In this document: piece by piece, positions 47,501-54,766 of the stretch
Layout: each line of letters opens with the position of its first letter
Numbering within the stretch: position 1 is the stretch's first letter
Assembly: GCA_964511965.1 (NCBI GenBank)
Contig: CAZEGF010000023.1
Coordinates: forward strand, 108,887 to 164,724
Direction of reading: 5' to 3'
DNA length: 55,838 bases
Source: an uncultured Gammaproteobacteria bacterium
GTDB taxonomy: Bacteria; Patescibacteriota; Microgenomatia; Levybacterales; GWA1-39-11
Program-made: the position numbers and the translations under genes
The notes under the pieces: model-generated
The model's database searches: none
Seen by the model: only the letters and a program-made list of their open reading frames with translations
Told to the model about the DNA's origin: nothing

Positions 47501-48559
47501 ATGAAAAAAATTTTGGTAACCGGTGGAGCCGGATTTGTTGGAACCAATTTAGTTGAGTTTTTACTAAAAAAGAATGATGTAAGCATTGTTGTTTTTGATA
47601 AGTTAGATCATCATTCCGACCCAAAACAAGCAAAGAAAATAACCTATGTAAAGGGGAATATAATTAACAAGACAGACGTTATTAACTTATTTAAAAAATA
47701 CGGTCCATTTGAAGGGGTATATCATTTGGCCGGTGAAATGCCAAATAAACTAGCCGATGCAAAACTAATGATGCAAACAAATGTTGACGGAACGTCAAAT
47801 GTGATATCTGCGGCAGTCAATAATAAATCTAAGTTCTTCATATTTGCATCAAGTAATGTTACTTATGGTATCCCTGTAGAGCTTCCTGTTACTGAAGAAA
47901 CTCCATTAAAACCACTTGAGGTATATGGAAAAAGTAAGGCGGAAGCCGAAAAAGTTCTTGAAAAATATAAAGACAAAATTAATATTCAGATGTTTAGGTG
48001 TCCTGTCATAACAGGAGTTGGGAGACTGGGACTTCAAGCTATATTGTACGAATTTATTTCTGAAAATAAAAAAGTATACGTTTTAGGAGGAGGATACAAT
48101 AAATATCAATTTGTTGATGTAGAAGATGTTATACAAGCAATGACAAAAGCATCAACTGTTACGGGTTTTGATGTCTACGTTATCGGAGCGGATGAAGTGC
48201 TAACACTTCGGGCGCTATACCAAAGAGTAATTGAATTTGCCGGGAGTAAATCAAAAATAGTTTCTCTTCCTTGGGGTCCGGCTCTTATTGCGCTTTCAAT
48301 TTTAGATAAAATAAATTATTCACCTCTTGGAGTTTACCAATATACGATGATGGGACGTTCTATATATGCTGACACCACAAAAATAAAATCAAAGCTTTCT
48401 TGGAAACCCAAAAAAACCAATGCAGATACTTTCATTGAAAATTATAAATGGTATATAAAAAATAAAGGTAATTTTGTTGAAATTGGAGGAAGCGAAGCCT
48501 CTCCGAATAAGAGTGTACCAAAAATGGGAATACTTAAAATATTAAAGAAATTTTCATGA
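47501..48559 (+). CDS. NAD-dependent sugar epimerase/dehydratase (extended SDR)
   Basis: Rossmann motif 'KILVTGGAGFVGTNL' and catalytic 'YGKSKAEAE' (YxxxK). About 350 aa. The ATG at 47501 is preferred over the one at 47483. Confidence 0.85.
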   Translation: MKKILVTGGAGFVGTNLVEFLLKKNDVSIVVFDKLDHHSDPKQAKKITYVKGNIINKTDVINLFKKYGPFEGVYHLAGEMPNKLADAKLMMQTNVDGTSNVISAAVNNKSKFFIFASSNVTYGIPVELPVTEETPLKPLEVYGKSKAEAEKVLEKYKDKINIQMFRCPVITGVGRLGLQAILYEFISENKKVYVLGGGYNKYQFVDVEDVIQAMTKASTVTGFDVYVIGADEVLTLRALYQRVIEFAGSKSKIVSLPWGPALIALSILDKINYSPLGVYQYTMMGRSIYADTTKIKSKLSWKPKKTNADTFIENYKWYIKNKGNFVEIGGSEASPNKSVPKMGILKILKKFS

Positions 48560-50205
48560 TTACAAAACACTTAAATAAATTTTTAATTGCTGTTATTCTT
48601 ATTGCAGCGGTCCTGCGTCTTTGGAATCTTAACGCTGTTCCCCCGTCTGCCTCTCTTGATGAGTCATCAATTGGATACAATGCATATTCTGTAATTAAAA
48701 CCGGTGGTGATGAGTTTGGTACATTTCCATTAATTTCCCAAAGGGGTTATGATGACTACCGCCGATCTACCTATCTTCTACTTGTTGCTCCTTTTGTTTC
48801 GGTCTTAGGACTTAATGTCATAGCCGTTAGGCTCCCAGCTGTAATATTGAGTATTTTAACTGTTTGGGCAGTATTTGGAATAGTAAGACGATTAGTTAAA
48901 AAACCTTCTGAATTTGGTGATCGTTTAGCTTTAATATCTGCGTTGATTCTAGCAACAAGTCCTTGGCATATTTATATATCCCGAATTGGTCACGAATCTA
49001 ACGCGTGTCTTTCTTTTTTTGTTTTTGCAGTTTTGTTTTTTCTTAAAGGGTTAGAAAATAAAAAACTTCTATTAGTCTCTGTGTTATTTTTTGCACTTGC
49101 GTTGGTGAGTTATTACTCCGGACAGGTTCTGGTTCCGCTCTTTGTTCTAGCTTTAGTTGTAATTTATAGAAAACAACTATTAAAAATCGTATTTTCTGAT
49201 AACAAATCAAAACTTATAACAATAAGCGTATTTATATTAGCAATTCCTATCGTGTGGTCTGTTTTTTCACCGGAGGCTCTCATAAGATTTAGAGGCACAA
49301 GTACTTTTTCCCCAAGTGCACACGAACAACTATTTAAGGAGCGTGTTTTATTACGGAATAAAGCAGTTGCCAATCACGACGTTTTAGGGTCAATTATTTA
49401 CAATCAACGACTTTTCCCTCTCGTTGTTCTTTTCCAGGGGTACATCGATCACTTTAATCCGCAATGGTTATTCTTTAATAATTCTAATGGAATATTTAAG
49501 GCTCCTCATGAAGGTTTATTATATCCGTGGCAGATTATATTTATTCTCATTGGCATTTTTGCGCTCGTAAAAACAAATAAATTAACTAATAAATCCAAAT
49601 TATTTCTTATTATTTGGTTTCTTGTAGGTGCTTTACCGGCTTCAATAGCGACGCAAACACCTCACGCGATGCGTTCTTATAACATCTTGCCTGCGTGGGA
49701 GATATTTACTGCTTTGGGTTTGACAGTAATTATTTATAAGTTTTATAAATTTAGACTTGTTCTGGGGGTTGTAATTGGTATCTTTTTCATCTTTTCATTA
49801 CAATCATTTTTAACGAACTATTTTGTTACATTCCCGAAAGAACAATCAAAATCTTTTCAATATGCATACGGGAAGGCTTTGGGGTACGTAATTACAAATC
49901 AGGATAAATACCAAAAAATTATTGTTTCAAATAAAGACAATATGTTCCAGTCGTACATGATATTTCTTTATTACAGCAAATACGATCCTTCACTTTATCA
50001 AAAACAAGGTGGGACAAAATCCGGAGGGTATGATGCTACTCATTTCTTTGGAAAATATGAATTTAGAACGGTTGATTGGAATAACGAAAAAAATACAAAT
50101 ACACTTTATGTTTTAAATCCTCAAGAAGTGCCTGTGGGAGCTCAAAAATTGTACGAAGGTAAATACCTTGATGGTACAACCGGCGCAATAGTTATATCTC
50201 GTTGA
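48556..50205 (+). CDS. GT39/PMT_2-like GT-C membrane glycosyltransferase, family member
   Basis: 'ASLDESSIGYNAYSVIKTGGDEFG', 'LATSPWHIYISR', 'YQKIIVSNKDN.FQSYMIFLYY'. ATGA overlap. Confidence 0.8.
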   Translation: MITKHLNKFLIAVILIAAVLRLWNLNAVPPSASLDESSIGYNAYSVIKTGGDEFGTFPLISQRGYDDYRRSTYLLLVAPFVSVLGLNVIAVRLPAVILSILTVWAVFGIVRRLVKKPSEFGDRLALISALILATSPWHIYISRIGHESNACLSFFVFAVLFFLKGLENKKLLLVSVLFFALALVSYYSGQVLVPLFVLALVVIYRKQLLKIVFSDNKSKLITISVFILAIPIVWSVFSPEALIRFRGTSTFSPSAHEQLFKERVLLRNKAVANHDVLGSIIYNQRLFPLVVLFQGYIDHFNPQWLFFNNSNGIFKAPHEGLLYPWQIIFILIGIFALVKTNKLTNKSKLFLIIWFLVGALPASIATQTPHAMRSYNILPAWEIFTALGLTVIIYKFYKFRLVLGVVIGIFFIFSLQSFLTNYFVTFPKEQSKSFQYAYGKALGYVITNQDKYQKIIVSNKDNMFQSYMIFLYYSKYDPSLYQKQGGTKSGGYDATHFFGKYEFRTVDWNNEKNTNTLYVLNPQEVPVGAQKLYEGKYLDGTTGAIVISR

Positions 50206-50211
50206 TATAAT
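50203..50211 (+). promoter_or_regulatory. consensus extended -10 box TGaTATAAT, 6 nt upstream of the ATG at 50218; its TGA is the stop codon of the upstream gene
   Basis: Reads ctcgtTGaTATAATagatatATGaaa. The whole 12-bp gap plus the stop codon is taken up by this element. Confidence 0.55.
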
Positions 50212-50217
50212 AGATAT

Positions 50218-50994
50218 ATGAAAAAACTTTCTGTAGTTCTTGCCACATACAACGAGGAAGAGAATCTGGACCGGTGCCTTGCTTCTGTAAAAGATTTAGC
50301 TGACGAGATAGTAATTGTTGATGGAACTTCAAAAGATAAAACTGTCGAAATCGCTAAATCCTACAGTGCAAAAGTTATTATTACAACAAATCCTCCAAAT
50401 TTCCACATAAATAAGCAGAAGGCAATTGACAAAGCATCGTGCGATTGGATTCTTCAGCTTGATGCGGATGAGGTTGTATCTGACGGACTTGCATTAGAGA
50501 TAAAGCATATTCTCAAAAGTGACCCTGAAGAAAACGGATATTGGATGCCAAGAAAAAATTATTTTTTAGGACGATTTCTTATGAAAGGTGGTCAATATCC
50601 TGATTATACGGTCAGATTGTACCGTAATGGGAAGGGGAAATTACCTCAAAAGGACGTTCATGAACAAGCTGTCATTGAGGGAAAAATTGGTTATCTTAAA
50701 GAAGCATTGCTTCATTATCCCTACAAAAATTTCAGTTTTTATGTAACAAAATGGATGCGATACAATCATCTTCTAGCATCACAAATCAATGATGATCTAA
50801 AAAAGAAGAATTTTTTGTTACGTATTTATTATGGATTCGCTTATTTACTGGCAAAACCTGCTCATTGGATGTTAACAGCCTATGGAAGACATAAGGGATT
50901 TTATGATTCTTGGCAGGGGTTGGTTTTTGCTATAATGTCAGCACTACGATTCCCGGTTTCCTATATTTTATACTTACAAAATAAATATGAATGA
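50218..50994 (+). CDS. GT2 glycosyltransferase (WaaE/LgtF-like subtype), paralog 3 of 3
   Basis: 'LSVVLATYNEEENLDRCLASVKDLADEIVIVDGTSKDKT', 'QLDADE', 'YPDYTVRLYR'. Confidence 0.8.
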   Translation: MKKLSVVLATYNEEENLDRCLASVKDLADEIVIVDGTSKDKTVEIAKSYSAKVIITTNPPNFHINKQKAIDKASCDWILQLDADEVVSDGLALEIKHILKSDPEENGYWMPRKNYFLGRFLMKGGQYPDYTVRLYRNGKGKLPQKDVHEQAVIEGKIGYLKEALLHYPYKNFSFYVTKWMRYNHLLASQINDDLKKKNFLLRIYYGFAYLLAKPAHWMLTAYGRHKGFYDSWQGLVFAIMSALRFPVSYILYLQNKYE

Positions 50995-51961
50995 TAAAAC
51001 AATCTTAGTAACAGGTGGAGCAGGCTATATTGGTGGCTTTATGGTGAGAAAACTCGTAGAGCGTGGATATACCGTTGTTGCCATTGACAATCTTTCACGA
51101 AATGATAGACCGGAATTGCCTGAGAATGTTAATTTTGTCGAAGGAAGTGTAGGAGATAGACAAATACTTAAATCAATTTTTGAAAATACTCGGATAGATG
51201 GCGTTATTCACTTTGCTGCATTCATTTCAATGGCAGAGTCCATGAAAGACCCATTCATCTATTTCGAAGATAATGTGTACGATACCCTCATTCTTCTTGA
51301 AGAAATGAAAAACCATAATGTTAAAAATATAATTTTTTCATCAACCGCAGGGGTTTATGGCAATCCAACAATTTTACCGATTCCTGAAGATCATCCAAAA
51401 AATCCGACAAATCCTTATGGACAAAGTAAGCTCATGGTTGAGCAAATTCTTGCCTGGTACCAAAAAATTCATGGTGTATCATATACAGCTCTTCGTTACT
51501 TCAACGCTTGTGGAGCTTCACTTGATGGTAAGTACGGTGAAAATCATAAACCCGAGACGCATATCATCCCTCGTGCGATAACTGCCTTAATACACAATGA
51601 ACCATTTGAGCTTTTTGGTCGAGATTACCAAACCCCTGACGGTACATGCGTTAGAGACTATATTCATGTTCTAGATCTTGTAGAAGCACACGTTTTGGCA
51701 TTGGAAAAATTATTTGAGAACCCAACAGGATCTATTTATAATGTTGGAACCGGACAGGGTCTTTCAAATAGTCAGATTTTAAAGACCATAGAGGAAGTAA
51801 CCGGGAGACAAATGAACATTGTTGAGAAGGAGAGAAGACCTGGGGATGCAAATGAATTGGTCGCTGATGTTAGTAAAATCAAAGATGAGCTAGGATTTAC
51901 CCCTCAATATTCAGACATTAAAACAATTATTGAATCTGCTTGGAAATTTCACAGTAAATAA
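50987..51961 (+). CDS. galE: UDP-glucose 4-epimerase (GalE family)
   Basis: 'ILVTGGAGYIGG', 'DNLS', 'SSTAGVYG', 'YGQSKLMVEQIL', 'LRYFNACGA', 'DGTCVRDYIHV.DL'. 324 aa. Confidence 0.85.
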   Translation: MNDKTILVTGGAGYIGGFMVRKLVERGYTVVAIDNLSRNDRPELPENVNFVEGSVGDRQILKSIFENTRIDGVIHFAAFISMAESMKDPFIYFEDNVYDTLILLEEMKNHNVKNIIFSSTAGVYGNPTILPIPEDHPKNPTNPYGQSKLMVEQILAWYQKIHGVSYTALRYFNACGASLDGKYGENHKPETHIIPRAITALIHNEPFELFGRDYQTPDGTCVRDYIHVLDLVEAHVLALEKLFENPTGSIYNVGTGQGLSNSQILKTIEEVTGRQMNIVEKERRPGDANELVADVSKIKDELGFTPQYSDIKTIIESAWKFHSK

Positions 51962-51971
51962 AAATAACTTC

Positions 51972-51983
51972 AAACTTAAAACT
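51972..51983. repeat. left arm (aaacttaaaact) of a 12-bp perfect inverted repeat flanking the four-helix-bundle gene
   Basis: Its reverse complement, agttttaagttt, recurs at 52368-52379. The left arm also lies within a short tandem (aaactta)x2. Confidence 0.6.
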
Positions 51984-51993
51984 TAAAAACAAA

Positions 51994-52356
51994 ATGCCCA
52001 ATAGATTTGAAAGCCTTCCAATTTTTCAAATTGCGCACGAATTTGTTTTGGAAGTTTATAAAACATCAAAGTTATTCCCTGTGGATGAGCGTTTTGGATT
52101 AACAAGTCAGATTAGAAGATCTGTATCTTCAATTCCAACAAATATTGTAGAAGGTAATGCGCGCGGGCATAAGAAAGAAATTGTTGAGTTTTTGTATATT
52201 GCTAAAGGATCACTTGAAGAAACTAAATATCATCTTCTATTATCAAGGGATCTAGAGTACATAAGCCCTGAAAATTATGAAGCATTGACACAATATGCTG
52301 ATTTAGTTGGAAAACAATTAAATGGATTAATAAATTACTGGAAGAACAAATCATAA
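51994..52356 (+). CDS. four-helix-bundle protein (23S rRNA intervening-sequence protein family)
   Basis: 'IFQIAHEFVLEVYK.SK.FP..ERFGLTSQIRRS.SSIPTNIVEGNAR..KKE...FLYIAKGSLEE..YHL.LS.DL.YI' is the canonical pattern of this family. 120 aa. Confidence 0.85.
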   Translation: MPNRFESLPIFQIAHEFVLEVYKTSKLFPVDERFGLTSQIRRSVSSIPTNIVEGNARGHKKEIVEFLYIAKGSLEETKYHLLLSRDLEYISPENYEALTQYADLVGKQLNGLINYWKNKS

Positions 52357-52367
52357 TTTGAATTTAC

Positions 52368-52379
52368 AGTTTTAAGTTT
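52368..52379. repeat. right arm (agttttaagttt) of the 12-bp inverted repeat flanking the four-helix-bundle gene
   Basis: Perfect reverse complement of 51972-51983. Confidence 0.6.
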
Positions 52380-52385
52380 ATTGTT

Positions 52386-52391
52386 TATAGT
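52386..52391 (+). promoter_or_regulatory. -10 box TATAGT, 6 nt upstream of the ATG at 52398 (predicted leaderless start)
   Basis: Reads ttgttTATAGTttatatATGcgt. Confidence 0.45.
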
Positions 52392-52397
52392 TTATAT

Positions 52398-53459
52398 ATG
52401 CGTATAGTTGTTGATATTGGTCCGATAGATTCAAATAGTACGAGTGGTCACAAGGTTCGGGGGGTAGGCAAATATATAAAAATACTTCGTGATAATCTTC
52501 AAAAATTTGACGAAACAAACACATATATTTTTTCTTCAAACCCGTCAAAGGAAAGGGGAATAGATTTGATTCATTACCCTTATTTTGACCCATTTTTCAT
52601 TACACTCCCATTAATAAAAAGAACCAAGAGTTTGGTAACAGTACACGATGTTATCCCGCTTTCTCATGCCAAACAATTCCCGGTTGGTATTAAAGGAAAC
52701 ATTAAATGGAAACTTAACAAAGCTCTCCTCAAACAGGTTAATGGAATAATTACCGATTCATTTGCTTCAAAAGATCAAATACACAAAATAACCGGGATTT
52801 CCGAAAAAAAAATATATCCTGTACATCTTGCCGTTGATCATGAGTTTAAGAGATTGGAAAAAGGAGCATGGGAAAATAAGATAAGAAAAAAATATAGCCT
52901 GCCGGAAGTATTTGTTTTATACGTTGGTGATGTTACTTGGAACAAAAATTTACCAAATATTGTGGTGTCAGCAAAAAAAACAAATATCCCACTGGTTATA
53001 GTTGGTAAAGCGTTAAGCGAATTGAATTTTGATGTAAAGAACCCATGGAATAGTGACCGTAAAATTGTTTTGGACCAAACTCTCAATAATCCACTTTTTA
53101 TAAAACTAGGATTTGTCCCAACAGATGAGTTAGTTGAAATCTACAACTTAGCACAAGCATTACTTATGCCGTCATTTGATGAAGGATTTGGATTGCCTGT
53201 TTTAGAAGCTATGAAATCAGGATGTCCTGTTATTACATCTGATCGTGGAAGTTTGGCAGAAGTGGCTGGAGACGCAGCAATATATGTTGATCCGGATGAT
53301 CCTGAGTCGATTAGTAAAGCTATTGGACTAATTTTAGTTTCTAAAAGTTTAAAAAATGAATTAGTTGATAAGGGATTTGAACAAGCTAAACACTTCTCCA
53401 TAGAAAAAATGATGAAAGACACAATTACAGTTTATAATACATTCTCCCATGAAAAATAA
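52398..53459 (+). CDS. GT4 (group 1) glycosyltransferase
   Basis: 'MRIVVDIGP', 'VGD...NKN', 'PSFDEGFGLPVLEAMKSGCPVITSDRGSLAEVAGDAA'. Confidence 0.85.
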   Translation: MRIVVDIGPIDSNSTSGHKVRGVGKYIKILRDNLQKFDETNTYIFSSNPSKERGIDLIHYPYFDPFFITLPLIKRTKSLVTVHDVIPLSHAKQFPVGIKGNIKWKLNKALLKQVNGIITDSFASKDQIHKITGISEKKIYPVHLAVDHEFKRLEKGAWENKIRKKYSLPEVFVLYVGDVTWNKNLPNIVVSAKKTNIPLVIVGKALSELNFDVKNPWNSDRKIVLDQTLNNPLFIKLGFVPTDELVEIYNLAQALLMPSFDEGFGLPVLEAMKSGCPVITSDRGSLAEVAGDAAIYVDPDDPESISKAIGLILVSKSLKNELVDKGFEQAKHFSIEKMMKDTITVYNTFSHEK

Positions 53460-54711
53460 AATATTTGAGATATTGAGACACCCTCTCATATCCGGTTCTT
53501 TTCTGTTGATTTCAGGTGGAATTCTAGCAAATCTCTTCAGTTTTATTTTTAACTTCTTCATGAGCCGTAATTTATTAGTCGAAGATTATGGAACATTTGT
53601 AAGTTTGGTTTCTATAATTACACTTCTTTCAATCCCTGCCGGGGCTTTAGCGCCGACAATTGTTACATTAGCTGGTAATTTTTTTGCAGACGGAAATTTA
53701 GGAATGGTAAAAGCATTATATTTAAAAATAATTACTATTTTAACGTTAATATCTATCTTTCTATTTATTCTTTTCACTATATTTGCTCCATCAATGGCAT
53801 CATTTTTTAATATAAAAGAAGCCGTTTTGCTGCCTTTAACAGCTGTGGCTATAATGTTTTCTTATATATTTACTATTAATCTTTCATTTTTTCAGGCACG
53901 ACTTTCTTTTAAACTATTACCATCACTAAGTGTGATCTCATCATTTACGAAGTTGATATTTGGAGTAATTTTAGTGCTTTTAGGATTTGGATTGGGGGGA
54001 GCAGTCGGTTCTTATTTGCTATCCTATATAATTCCAATACTTGTTGGAACATTTTTTTTGAGACACATTTTATTTCATAAATCCGCAAAAAAAACACATA
54101 TTTCTTTTAAAGAGTTAATTAATTTTGGAATACCCTCGGCAATAATTATTTTTTGTTTAAATTCATTTATAAATACGGATATACTATTGGTAAAACATTT
54201 ATTTTCTGAAAGGGATGCAGGATTTTATGCCGGACTTTCACTTGTTGGGCGTGTTGTATTTTACATAACAGCACCAATAACAACCGTTATGTTTCCTATA
54301 ATAATTAATAAAGTAAAAAGTAATCTTCCTTATAAAAATATTCTTTATGCCTCTATAGCTGTTACTGCTGCAATCTCAATATTTGTCACAGGATTTTACT
54401 TTTTGTTTCCAAAATTTACCATACTCTTTTTCCTAAAAAAAGAGGAATACTTAACAATTGCAGGTGATTTAGGAATGTTTGGAATATTTATAACAATATA
54501 TTCCCTTGTTTCAGTCCTTGTTTATTACTTTTTGTCACTTAAAAAAACTCAAATATTACCAATTTTACTAACGGGTGTAATACTTCAGGCAATATTAATA
54601 TATTTTTTCCATTCAAGTTTTTCTGTGATTATTCTAATTTCTTCAGTAGTTAGTTTTACCGTCCTAATTGGACTTACGCTTTCTTTTAAATTACTTTCTG
54701 CTAATAAATAA
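53449..54711 (+). CDS. MOP-superfamily flippase-like membrane protein (Wzx / polysaccharide biosynthesis protein type)
   Basis: 420 aa with ~12 helices. The N-terminal 'SGSFLLISGGILANLFSFIFNFFMSRNL..EDYGTF' and mid-protein 'FYAGLSLVGRV' blocks resemble Polysacc_synt-type flippases. Less certain than 23180. Confidence 0.6.
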   Translation: MKNKIFEILRHPLISGSFLLISGGILANLFSFIFNFFMSRNLLVEDYGTFVSLVSIITLLSIPAGALAPTIVTLAGNFFADGNLGMVKALYLKIITILTLISIFLFILFTIFAPSMASFFNIKEAVLLPLTAVAIMFSYIFTINLSFFQARLSFKLLPSLSVISSFTKLIFGVILVLLGFGLGGAVGSYLLSYIIPILVGTFFLRHILFHKSAKKTHISFKELINFGIPSAIIIFCLNSFINTDILLVKHLFSERDAGFYAGLSLVGRVVFYITAPITTVMFPIIINKVKSNLPYKNILYASIAVTAAISIFVTGFYFLFPKFTILFFLKKEEYLTIAGDLGMFGIFITIYSLVSVLVYYFLSLKKTQILPILLTGVILQAILIYFFHSSFSVIILISSVVSFTVLIGLTLSFKLLSANK

Positions 54712-54766
54712 TTACTTTCCGCATGGAAAATAATATATGTTTGGGTTAGAATAGACCGAAGTAATA

